Positions 11,861 through 24,100 of a stretch of 64,000 nt of DNA are shown one piece after another. The notes below the pieces were generated by a model. It was not told the origin of the DNA. It did no database searches and was given only the letters and a program-made list of their open reading frames with translations. Made by a program: the position numbers and the translations under genes. Source of the stretch: Thalia democratica (taxonomy: Eukaryota); the NCBI GenBank assembly GCA_965202585.1, contig OZ241832.1, forward strand, positions 35,030,001-35,094,000, read 5' to 3'. The first letter of the stretch is position 1, and each line of letters starts with the position of its first letter.

Positions 11861-12178
11861 CAGGGTTGGCACACACTCATAATATTAAAATTTTTTTTGA
11901 AAACTTCAAGATAACTCAGGATGTTATGATTTTTTTTAAACTCAGGCTGACTCAGGATAGTTTTGGTTTTTATAAAAAACTCAGGATAGTTTTAAGATTT
12001 TTAAAACTATCAAGACATATTTTTCTACATCTTAATTAGATTTAATTCAGTTTCAAAATTTTGTTATTTTTTAACCAATCTTGTTTAAAGCATGATTTAT
12101 AAAAGTAATTATTTTTAAAGGGCTTGAAAAACTCAAGATTACTAAGGACAGTTTTTTTAACTCAAAGAGTGGCAACTG
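11861..12178. mobile_element. MITE-like element with internal ACTCAGGA repeats
   Basis: Imperfect TIRs CAGGGTTGGCACACACTC / GAGTGGCAACTG, flanked by TA on both sides. Confidence 0.45.
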
Positions 12179-13484
12179 TATAATTTTAAGTTAAATTTCA
12201 AACAATTATTTCAACAACATGCTTATAAAGTTTTAGTTGTTAATGTAAAAAATAATTTTTGTTTTTGAAGTCAATTATTTTTAGTTTACAAAGTTGTGGC
12301 CTAGGAAAATGAAACCCAAAAAGAAACCAATTTCATTGAACATATATTTAGATGTTCACATTTTCTTTCTAAATGAAAAATGTTTGTTTAGCTTTACAAC
12401 TACTAGTCTAAAATTTTATAGCACTAAATTAGAGTTAAGCAAACTTTGTGTTTTTTGTTTTATACACACTTTTAAGAGTACAGTCTGTTTTCATCCTACT
12501 AAATTGTATCCATAACCAGAATCACAGTAATGTTGTATATAATTTTAGCATAAAAAAGAAAATTAGCAACTAGTCTAACTTTTCTTGGTAGTGCTAGGTA
12601 CAATGCTTCCTCGCTTATCTGGCAATGTTGGGCAAGCTTTAAAAAAACAAAATAAAATTTTTTAAAGTTTAAAATTAATTTAACAAAAGCAAGTTACATT
12701 GTAAACAGTTTAACTAGTATTGGAACTCTTTCTGATAAAATGGAGGTTGGTTTGATATAACTTTCTTGTTTCTTACCACAAAACTCACGTAATTGGATAA
12801 GTTGTGGAAAACTTTCTGGTGTGGTTTCTAGTTATAGTTCAATCTGGCCTGTTGTTTACTAATGTTGATGTAAGTCCTGGCAATTTTTTCAATACAACTC
12901 AGTTTCATCGCAATTAGAAAATTATTCAACACAGTTTTTAACCTTAAACCTAGCTTTAAACTAAAAACAGACCCTAAAATATGTACTTTTAAAAACCTAA
13001 AAGAAATTCAGAAAACCTGGAAGAAATTTTTCAAAAAAATTTGGCAGCCCTGATAAGTCTTTCATTGAATTTACAAAACAGAACAATGAAAGTCAGAATG
13101 TCCACTTTTTCTTAACACTCATAGTTCAATATAAATTTAAGTTTCTCTCCTTGGGATAATTAGAAAATATTATTAAAGCAGAAAAAGTAAAGTCACTTGT
13201 AGTACTATTATAACTATAAAATTTCTTTGATCTGTTTTTAAACCTTTTTGAAAAAGTCTGAATCAAAACAGTTTAAAACTTAAAAGAATTGTTCTAAGCT
13301 TTTTCCTAAAACACATAAAATGCCTGAAAGTTCAAATTAAAACTCTAAAGTTAAGCTTGAAAAATTTACTTCTGTAATCAAGTTATATTTTAAGTAGAAA
13401 TATATTAGTTTTAGAATTTTATATAAAGAACAATTTTAGGTTTATTTTAATCAAAATAACTCTTTAGTGTAAGTCACTGTAGTA

Positions 13485-14363
13485 ATGAACACAAGTCATA
13501 AAACGAAAAGCAGTAAAACTTGGAAAAAAGTTTTGTACTTAGATCAAGGCTTTCCCGACAACTATGTTCCTGAAAGTTTTTTAAATGACACCAAAAAGAA
13601 TGTTTTTGTGCGCAAGTACAACTATTGGAGCCTGGTTAAAAGTTCTGTAGTTTTACTGCAACAAATTTGCATAGTGTCTCTTTTTATTTTAGTCTGGTGG
13701 ATCATGAGCAAACCATCTGTTTGCAGCCCGAAAACTGTTGTGCTGTTTTCATTTTTCACTTCCATGTGCGGGTGTGCTTTATACTACACAATCAAACCAG
13801 AACCAATCAAAAACTACAACGTGATTGGTTCCAACTTGAAAGTTTTAGCACTAATCAATGGGTTCTGCTATTACTTTTCACCTCTGCTGCGAACTCTTAC
13901 ACACACTATCAGCACTGACACAGTGTACGCAATGACAACTTTTGCCATTTTCTTCCATCTTATTTTTCACAACTACAACCAATCAGACAAGTTTGTTGTT
14001 GTCGCCTCCCGTTCCATTTCCTTCAACAGCGCTGTTTTTGCTGCTGTCTGCCTCGCCTCCCGCCTGGAGACAAATCTCCACTCCTTTGCAACAATCACTC
14101 TGGCCTTGCAGCTGTTCGGTTTCTGGCCGTTCCTGCAGGCATTGGCATGGAAACACCACCCAAACAGCTTTGTTGTGTGCGTTCATGCAGTCCAGAATGT
14201 CTTGGTTGTAGCTTGGATTTTCACCAGCTTCACAATGAGTCTCTTGTTTGCAATCACTTGCTTGTCAGTGACCTTTGTTTTCCCCCTTCTTCTGGTCAGC
14301 TTGCAGGCCCACAAAGACAACGTGCATGGGCCCTGGGATGAAGCTGTGATTGATGGCAACTGA
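13485..14363 (+). CDS. PIGC: Phosphatidylinositol N-acetylglucosaminyltransferase subunit C (GPI2), 292 aa
   Basis: Motifs WKKVLYLDQGFPDNYVPESFL, FSPLLRTLTHTISTDTVYAM, SISFNSAVFAAVCLASRL and the C-terminal KDNVHGPWDEA are characteristic of PIG-C/Gpi2. Single coding exon. Confidence 0.97.
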   Translation: MNTSHKTKSSKTWKKVLYLDQGFPDNYVPESFLNDTKKNVFVRKYNYWSLVKSSVVLLQQICIVSLFILVWWIMSKPSVCSPKTVVLFSFFTSMCGCALYYTIKPEPIKNYNVIGSNLKVLALINGFCYYFSPLLRTLTHTISTDTVYAMTTFAIFFHLIFHNYNQSDKFVVVASRSISFNSAVFAAVCLASRLETNLHSFATITLALQLFGFWPFLQALAWKHHPNSFVVCVHAVQNVLVVAWIFTSFTMSLLFAITCLSVTFVFPLLLVSLQAHKDNVHGPWDEAVIDGN

Positions 14364-15890
14364 TGAACTAAAGTTTTTGTTTATATTTTAAAAAAGTTTC
14401 TAAAAGACTTATTGTAATCTAGTAGAAAGTTGAATAATTGAGTTAAACTATTTTTATTATAAAACAATGTTGTTATTTTTACTCTGATTTGAAACTAAAA
14501 ACAATTTTGTGTTTTTTTGATAAATACTTTTAAATAGATCAAATAACTTTTATTCTAATAAACTTAACAACTGTTAATTTATAGATTTTATCTGAGATTT
14601 GTTATAATTGAAATAATTATGGTTATTTAAATTTGACCATTGAATTTAAGTAAGATTGTGTTTCTAATTAGTATTAATTTTTGTTTTTTATTTGTTAATA
14701 CTACTGTTGGACCTAGTCATATTTTGTTTTTATAAAAATAGTATGTGTTAGTTTATTTCTCATATATTCATGATTTAGTTTACTGTGAGTTTGCACTTAT
14801 ATCTGTTTTGTTTTGGTTATTATGCAGTATAGTTTTTGCTTTTTTATGGAATATGTAATAAAGAAAAAATGCATTTACTATCTTCAAATTTACATAAGCC
14901 ATGAAATAATTTCAAAACTGTTTATAAATAAACATTCAAGTATTGCTAAATGCGATGTTTATTTTTAAAGAGTTGTTATTTTTTAGTAATCTCTTTGAGG
15001 TTACTAATTTAGTTTGAAAAATTTAATTTAAGTATTACTCAAAGCTTTTTTTTTTCACTTTTAAATATATACTTTTTTCTATTTCAATTTTTTTTAATGA
15101 AATTTCAACTTGTATATATATTTTATATTATTTTGTTTAGAGTTTTTATGTTCAAAAAAAGTTGTTAAAAGTGTGCTCTCTTTTATTATTTATCTAGTGC
15201 ATACTTTGTTTAAGGTCTCATAAAAATATTGATTTTTAGAAAATATTAGGCTGAAAAAAAAGTTAAAGCTTTTAATTTTTAACAAGTTTTAGTTTTTTTT
15301 ATAAGTTTATTTGTTTTTTAATTTATTATATATATAAAATACTTATAAATTTTAAAACTTAATAAATTAAATTTTTACTTACTTGAAGCTGCTTATGTCT
15401 TATGCTAGCTTTAACTTATTTTTTATACCAGTAATCATACACTTTATAATACTATTTTTGCAAGTAGGTGAAATATATACTATTTTAGAGTTAAAAATTT
15501 AAAACTCATTACATATTAATATAAACAAACTGAAATATAAGTATTTAGTAAGCATTTAAAGTTAAGTCATAGGTAGTTTTGAATACTTGAGTGTACTAAG
15601 TATAGAAAATTAAAACTTAGAAAAACATTTTGAAACGTATATGAAGTTTGATAAAAGAAAAAAAATAAAAATAATGTTTCAAAAAATGTTTACTATAATA
15701 AGTTAAATAGACAAAAATTCATTCTTTTACTTTTTTTAAGTTTTAATTTTTTAACACTTTGTATACTTTTATGTATTTAGAAAGATTAGTAATTTTGCTA
15801 GTGTTGGAGTGTGAGCTGTAAAAGCACATAATTATTAAAGCAGAAGTCTTAGAAGATGTTATAAATAAAAAACATTAAAAACTTTTCATA

Positions 15891-17333
15891 ATGAATCGGA
15901 AACTGTTCAACCCAGCTTTGCTATCAAAAAGATACTTGATGTCTGTTGAAAGTTTGTCTCAAGAAGCAACAAAAGCCTTCACTGCGGTGCTGGGAAACCA
16001 AAAAGTGAAAGTTTCCAATGCGGTTTGCAAACAGCACGACCACGACGAATCTTTCCACAAAGGAAACAAACCTGTTGCTGTTTTAATGCCTTCAAATGTT
16101 GATGAAGTAAGAGAAATCGTCAAAGTCTGCAGCAAACAAAAAATGACCGTAATCCCGTTTGGCACCGGCAGCGGTCTTGAAGGAGGGGTTGTTCCACTGG
16201 ACAACAAGTCTGTGTGCGTCAACTTGCTGGGCTTGGACAGCATCAGGGAGATAAACACTGACGACTTGTGCTGCACTGTGGAGCCAGGCGTAACCAGGAT
16301 TGGTTTGAACGATGCGCTGAAAAGCACCGGGCTGTGGTTTCCAATAGATCCTGGCGCGGACGCCTCAGTGTGTGGGATGGCCGCCACAAACGCTTCTGGC
16401 ACAAACGCCGTCCGCTACGGCACGATGAAGCAGAACGTCCTCAACATGGAGGTTGTTCTGCCAAACGGCGACCTCTTGCACACTTCTGGAAAAGGCCAAA
16501 AGTGCCTGAAAAGATCTTCCGGCTACAACCTGACAGAGCTTTTTGTTGGATCGGAGGGAACTTTGGGACTGATAACTTCTGTCACCACTAAACTTCACGG
16601 CATACCAGAGTGCGTTTTGTCAGCCGTTTGCCCTTTTCCCTGCATTGATTCCGCAGTGCAGACTTCCATGCAGATCAAACAGTGCGGCATTCCGATTGCA
16701 AGAATGGAAATTGTTGACAAGAGAACTTTGCAGCTGGTGAAAGAACAAAGCAACTTGGACCTTGTCCCGTCTGACTCCTTGTTTTTCGAGTTTCACGGCA
16801 GCGAACAGTCCACTAAAGAAGAAGTTGAGTTGGTCCAAGAGATCTCAAAGACCAATGGAGCAGGAGAAATGAAATGGTCTGAAAAGTTAGAGGAGAGAAA
16901 CAAACTGTGGAAGGCGAGGCACGATGTGTTTTACGCCGCCAAAAGACTCAGACCAGGACACAGCATCATAATCACAGACGTTTGCGTGCCAATATCCCAA
17001 ATTTCAAGCATAATTAACTTCACCAAAGATCTCTTGAACGAGGCTGGCATTCTCTACTTGCTGCTCGGTCACATTGGAGACGGAAACTTCCACGCCTTGC
17101 TCATCGTTGATCCTGACGATGAAAAGGAAGTTGAAAAGGGCAAGGAGGCGGCAAACAGAATGGCGTTGCAAGCAATAAAGTTGGGCGGCAGCTGCACAGG
17201 CGAACATGGAGTTGGGATTGGAAAGAGGAGCCTGCTTGTACATGAGTGCGGCGAAGTAGGGTTGTCTTTGATGAGAAATATTAAGTCTGTTGTAGACCCT
17301 TTTAATATAATGAATCCTGGTAAGTTATTGTAG
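15891..17333 (+). CDS. LDHD: D-lactate dehydrogenase, mitochondrial (FAD-binding PCMH/oxidase family), 480 aa, intronless
   Basis: Motifs IPFGTGSGLEGG, FPIDPGADASVCGMAATNASGTNAVRYGTM, GYNLTELFVGSEGTLG, HIGDGNFH, GSCTGEHGVGIGK, DPFNIMNPGK. Basic N-terminal leader. Confidence 0.96.
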   Translation: MNRKLFNPALLSKRYLMSVESLSQEATKAFTAVLGNQKVKVSNAVCKQHDHDESFHKGNKPVAVLMPSNVDEVREIVKVCSKQKMTVIPFGTGSGLEGGVVPLDNKSVCVNLLGLDSIREINTDDLCCTVEPGVTRIGLNDALKSTGLWFPIDPGADASVCGMAATNASGTNAVRYGTMKQNVLNMEVVLPNGDLLHTSGKGQKCLKRSSGYNLTELFVGSEGTLGLITSVTTKLHGIPECVLSAVCPFPCIDSAVQTSMQIKQCGIPIARMEIVDKRTLQLVKEQSNLDLVPSDSLFFEFHGSEQSTKEEVELVQEISKTNGAGEMKWSEKLEERNKLWKARHDVFYAAKRLRPGHSIIITDVCVPISQISSIINFTKDLLNEAGILYLLLGHIGDGNFHALLIVDPDDEKEVEKGKEAANRMALQAIKLGGSCTGEHGVGIGKRSLLVHECGEVGLSLMRNIKSVVDPFNIMNPGKLL

Positions 17334-18197
17334 TACTTAATTGATGTTTCCAAGTTCATGTAATGAGGTAAAAACTAAACAAAATTTTAAATTATTATTG
17401 TCTTTCATAATATATTTCAAAATATTATTATTAAACAAGTATTCGTTTACTAAATAATTTTTGCATTAAATTACTATACAGTACGGTACTTGAATTTTTT
17501 TTTGTTAATTTAACATTAAAAATATTCTTTAAGTGCTTTCAAAATTTTTATGGTTGTATTTTGACTGATATTAAAGTTTAGTTATAGCTTTCTTAAAAAA
17601 CATGTTTATATAATATTTAGTCAAGTTTAAAAAACCCTTTACAAGTATTATAGTTTTGTGAATAGTAAATAAAATTACAAATATCTCAAATATGTTTTTA
17701 ATTAATAGATTCAATAAATCTAATCAAAAATCTTGAATACTGTCAGAACAACTTTTAGATTTTTGATCATTGTTTTTACTATATTACAAATAAAACTATC
17801 AAATCATTATTTTAGCAAGCTAAACTATGTTATCTAATTTCAACACCTTTTTGTATTTAAATAAAATTTTTATATAGTTAAAGTATATGAGCTTTGTAAT
17901 AAATTTTTATTGTTGACACTATGCATTAATTCCAATCATAAGCTTCATAATTAATTTAATCATTGTACTGCATCGTGTTTTTGATTTAATATTTAATTTG
18001 AAAAGCTTATTCACAAAAACATCCTATTATTTCCAAGTTAGTTGATATCTAACAAAAATTTTCGATTTATAGCTATTGTATGCTTTAAAAAAACAAATTT
18101 ATTATAATATTCCATGTTCTAAAGGTGCATATCTTGTTAAAAAATAATTACCAACTGTTTTATCTTTCAGAAGTTGTAAAAGGTTTATGATTAAATA

Positions 18198-21100
18198 ATG
18201 GACGATTGGAAGTTTTTAATAAAGCCAATGTTAACAGCTGCTGCTGTTGGCATCGCTTATCATCTGTTCCTGTCCAGGACAGCTAAAAAGAAAGTTGTAA
18301 GAAAGCCGCGCGACTTTTCTGACAAAACTTATTTACGTGTACCAATCAAAGTAAGTTAGTTTTTATTTGATATGTAGGAAATTAATTGTTGGTAGTTCAA
18401 TTTGACGTATGTCACTAGTAATTCAATAAAAATTTATCTTGGTTTAATTTTCAAAAGGTCTAATTTTGACCAAAAATTACATTGAAAGATTCAAGTTAAC
18501 ATTTTTATAGACTCCAAGACTTACTGGTATACGTCTAAAGATTGGTGTCTGGATTTTAGAATCTGTGAGTTTAAAACTTTTTAAAAATCTTACTACTATA
18601 CGTGTTTTTAAAGTATAAAAAGTCTCATAATTAAAAAACTGTTTTTATCAACTCGTGGTTTATTATCTATTACAGTTAAAGTTAACATAAAAGCAATTAA
18701 AACAAGTTTCAGGTACAGGTATAGCAGTTAAACAACATTTGATATATTTTTATATCTATTTGATTGTTATATTACTGTAATGCTTCTACTATATACCTAC
18801 TTATTAGTATTTTTTAAAATAAAATATAACAACATTTCTCCAGAAACTAGGAAAACTATTGTTTGCTAAGATACTGTTCAAGCAAGCAGGCATGAACTAC
18901 TTGAGAAACGTTGAAATGTCCGACAGTCCTCTGTTTTATCCGAACCACCCAGGAGTCAATCCTGCTCCGTGCAGTAGTTTTACTGATGAAAATGCTGACA
19001 CCACCAAAAGTTAGTAATTGATTTGATAAGAGTCAAAATAGACTAACTTGAAGTTTGTGTTTGTAATGATGTAAAAAGAAAATATCAAGTTTGTTTAAAA
19101 ACATAATTTTTTCATAAACCACACACAGTGGACCTTAACTAGATATAAGAAAGCAAAAATTCTAGCGCATCTAAAGCTTCAAATAAGAGAAAAATCCTCT
19201 TCTACAAAGGATATGCCATTTGGCGCGAGTCCATTTTAAGAGTTTTTGTGTTACATAAAATAGGATGTCTTTAAAATATAAAAAAATAACCGTAAAAAAT
19301 TAAACCCTTTGAAAATATCATAAACTAAATTTTTATTATACTTTTTTATAGTTTCATAAATGTATTTGAAAATTTCGTTAAATAAGTTTTACAAAAATTT
19401 ACATCAAAAAATTTATCTTAAGCAAAACTAAAAAGTAATAATAAATATTTAATTTTATTTTATTTTTCCTAGTAAGATTTCGAAGATTGTGAAAATTTTT
19501 CCATTTGTGATTATATAAATGTATGTATATGTTTTAGGTTTTATTGTATCGTTTCAATTGAATTTTCCCTGACGAAACTTGATAAAGTATAGTAGAAAAA
19601 AAAAGAAACTTGAGTTATATATCTACTTAGTAAAAATGAATACATGTAGTTATCAAAATAGTTATCTGTTTTTACAGATTGTTATAAAGATAAAAAAAAT
19701 GGTACCTATAAGCCACTTAAAAAAAAAAGTTAATGAGGCTTTGTACTTTCCGTTTACTGTTTTAGTTGATTTGTCTCTATATATATCTTTTATCTAATTT
19801 TTTAGAATAAGATTAACTAGAACTTTATCTTGTCAACAACTTTATATCTTACAACTACTTAAAATCTCCAAGCTGTTACAAAAAAAGTTAACTTGCATCT
19901 TTTTAAATTTAAAAATTAAATTAATGTTTTTAGATTAAAAAGACACAGCAAAAACATTTTAAAGTACTACTATATAAATTCTTATATTTTTTGTTTTAAT
20001 AGGAATTTTTTTATTTAGTTTGAAAAATTATTTAGATACTATGTTGGGCTTTAATATTTAAGTTTACTATTTGAAAAAATTTACAAGTACTATTTTTATA
20101 CAAGTTTTCATTCCCTAATCCAGTTTAACTCGATTCGAACCGGATGTGTCTATCTAAACAATCTACTTTTTTTTTTGCATGTTCTACCAAATTCATTTGT
20201 TTGAAAAAAAGAATTAAACAATGAGCACTTGAAAAGTTCCAGTAAACAGTTTTTAAAACATGTTTGTAAACATAACAGTTGAATCGCCGAAAAGCCATTT
20301 TGTTTCAATAAAACAACTGAGAGATAAATACGAGAGTTTAGAAGTCACGCCGCTTCAAGTTGCTTTGAACGCTTTGGATGCCGAAGATAAGCTGAAGTCG
20401 CTCAACATGTTCGTCAGAATGAACAAGCAGTCCGTTCTTGCGGTATGAGACTTGATGTTTATTTATTATTAATACTATATTTATGTTTTTTTAACGAAAG
20501 TGTAAAGTATGTGTTGCTACACTAGTTGTCTTCTTCTAAACTTAAAAACTACAACTTTACTGTAAAAAAAAGTACATCGTGTATTTTAACTGTTCAAAAA
20601 TATAGATTTAATCGTTTGCTAACAAAAGATCCTAGTGAAACAAGTTCACTGGAATATAAATAAAAACAAATTATACAGTAATCTTCCTTTATTGTACAAA
20701 CATATGTTTCTGTGTGTTAATTAATCAACACACTTCAACTGGGTTTTGTAAAGATTTGTTTTTATCATATAATTTACAAGAAGTAAGATTGAGGATTTAA
20801 ACTACTTTAAAAACATATAAAATTTAAAACCTTGATATATAAAGTTTATAACCATGAGAACGGTAACACTATATTCAGCCGGGTATTAATCAATGGTTTT
20901 GTTTAAAACCCAGTGAACACTATAAATAACTTTACCAAAATATGTTTCGTCAAGTATGAATTACTAAAAGGAGCCTTACCTCATTATAGATTTTTACTGA
21001 GCAGTGTTATAATTAAATGTTATACAAAACAGCAAGCAAAAGAGTCGACCAAAAGGTACGTCAACAAAACGCCGCTGTCTCCCATTGATGGAATGATTGT

Positions 21101-24100
21101 GGGAATAAAAGATGAATTCAAAGTTGTAAGTTGTTTAAAGTGTAGCAAATTTTCACCGCATAGATGCTTTTGTCAATTTATATTTTACTGAATGACTATG
21201 CTTAAAATATGTAATTTCCACTTATAATATATGTTCCAAAAAATTAACTATTTCTTTGATAATTATTAATTAATTATCCATATCAACTTTAAGTATTACT
21301 TGCAATAAAGTTAAATAGCCTTATTTTAAGTTGGTTGAATATTATAACTGTTTTGGAAACATCTTAAATTATTGTTCATCAACGACTGTGTCAAGCTGAA
21401 AAGATTGGTGCAGAAATCTAGAAATACTTATCAAAATTATTACATGTTTCAAAAATATAATAGGGACATCATTAATGTACCCAAACCATACCTTGAACCA
21501 AAGCAAAAGTGAGTTTCTAACGTGTAATGCGTAGGTATAGTACTTTACAGGCAAATAGTAGCTGATAGTCTTCTCTAGTTTGTTTTAGAGTTACTATAGT
21601 TTCTCAAAGAATAAATGTGTTATATTTCCATTAATCATATAAAGATCATATTTTTGTTCATTTAGCTTAATTTGTTTAGTGAAATATTTATTTTTTCAGA
21701 ACTTTTTTGATAGAATTCATTCTAAAGGTTTAGTCATTCCATCATCGATAACCCTAATGTACATAATTCTAATAAAAAAAAAACTTTGCCATGTTTACAA
21801 AGTTTAAAAAATTTACTTTGAAATAAAGATAAAAAACACCCAGCCTACTTCCAGTCATAATACTCTTGACAGTTTGAAACCCTCTGTGCAAAAATGCTAT
21901 TCAAGTTATTTTTAAACTTGAAAAGCTGTTGTTTAAATGGAAACTATCACCTTGTTATTATGTAAAAATAATTTTCTCTTCAGCCTGGTAGCAATTTAAT
22001 CGATGTGTTGCTAGTTGCATTATTTTGTTGACAGAAAGGCTTGGCTTGCAAGAAAGGCACGGTGTGGTCGAGCGAGGGTGGGCCGAGCAAAGAGGACAGC
22101 TCGATCGTGACGAGGTTGAAGGACCTGGGCGCCATCATAATGGGTGTCACAAACATGCACGAAATCGGACTCGGCACCACAGGGATCAATCCCAACAAGT
22201 TTGTTTGTTTTCAAAATGTTGTTTGATTAACATGGGTTGAGTATGTATTTTTGTTAAAAGCAGCTCCTAGACTCTTTATTGTACTTCAAACATATCAGTT
22301 TAGTGTTTCATTTTTTTGTTTTTCACTTTTTCAAAAAATATTTTTTTTGCAAGCAGCATTAAATTTTTATTTAAAGCCCAAAATGTTGCATGAGCATGCT
22401 AGTTCATTTTTAAAACCAAGTTAAAAATAACCTAAACTATCATGGGGGAAATTTAAAAAGCGTACAAGCGCGTTTAAAGTTACCAAGAGTTTTCGCTGTA
22501 GCCATTTTAAAATTTATACACACAAATAATCTTCTCTGTTTTAAAGTTCTTAGTAAATGAAAACAAGCAAATACAACAGGGGCTACGGGTCTTGCAGGAA
22601 TCCTTACAACAGAAACCACGTGACGGGTGGAAGCTCTTCCGGATCTGCAGCTGCTGTAGCGAGCGGAGTGTGCACTTTTGCCATCGGTAATCAGTTACTT
22701 TACTTGTTATATTTTTATTAGTTGTTAGTACATAGTAGGCATGAACAGAAATAAGATTAACAGGAAAGCTAACAAAACAACGTTTTAAAAATGAAAGGCA
22801 CTTTTGCTATCGGTATCAGTGTGTTGAAATTCCTATGTTTCTTATTAAAAAAGACTCATGATAACTAAATGATAATTTTTACCGTTTATGTTTTTGAACA
22901 AATTCCAACGAACAATTGAACTTTAGTGTTAAATATTTTTTATAACAACAAAACATTCTGATTGAAAGGCACGGACGGAGGGGGAAGCGTGAGAATACCG
23001 TCCGCGTTGTGCGGAGTCGTCGGAATGAAGGCCACCTTCGGAAGGTACTCGTTGGGAAGAGCTGAGTGTTCCGCTTGCACAGTCACTCACGCAGGTGATA
23101 AGAACGAGTTGCATAATATGCTGTATGAATAAAAGTATATTCTATAGTACTCTGATTCAGTAGTTTTCAACTTTTTCAAAAGCTTATCGCAGTAAAATAA
23201 ATCATGTGCTTACTATACTTACATATGTAAATTACCATTAAATAACACTGTTTGTGTATATTTTGAGTGTCTTAATATACAAATAGCGCAGTATTGAAAA
23301 TGTATGTTACATTTAGCTGTTTTAATTAAAAAAGAAAAAAAATACCACCATTTAAAAATACCCTACTAATTTTTTTGTGCACAGTGAAATAACTCATGTG
23401 CACTTTTTGAAAACTACTGCTTTAGTTAGTAGTTGTTTTATTTGTGTTATAAATATGTTACGTTTTTTGAAAGTTAATATTAACTTTAGGATATATCTTT
23501 TTTTAGTATAATATTATTTTTTCAAATTCGTATTTTCTATAATAAGAAATTATGATAATTATAGGAAGTTGTGCATATGGTAAATTAAATTTTACAAATA
23601 AATATTTTAATTTTTGTACTTAATTGTAAATTTTTAGACCATATAAAGAAAGGTTCATTTTTCAAAGTTGTATAAATTTTTAGAGTTTTAATTTAACTAT
23701 CAGATACTCTTACAACTTATAAAATTCAAAGTAGTTTTCGAGCTATAAGGAATCAAAGTTTATGAGTTCAATAGTTTCCTTATGGGAGGTGCAAAGTTAA
23801 AATCAACAAAAAAGAAAACTAAATCTATATCTTCTTTTTCTTCTTAAAATTATAACTAATCTTTTGTTTAATTTTTACCGCAAGCTAATAGTTATGAGTT
23901 TAGTCATTCATTCTGAGGAAATTTTTAATTTTTGAGATAAAGTTTAACTAGGTTTTGTTTTTCCCTATGGCGATAGTTTTGTTAACTTTTTTACAACTAT
24001 TATTAAGTTATAAGCAAAAAATGTTAACTTCACTTTATACATTCCATTTATAACCATCAATGATGTACAGGAGCAATATGTTCGAGTGTAGAGGATCTTT

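Noticed and set aside
13667-17359. Overlapping and antisense ORFs inside PIGC and LDHD from the ORF track
   Set aside because: Shadow ORFs of GC-rich coding sequence with no recognisable motifs.
21340-21910. Nested gene in FAAH intron 5
   Set aside because: Open stretches of about 55-60 codons exist on both strands, but none link into a consistent spliced frame or resemble a known protein.
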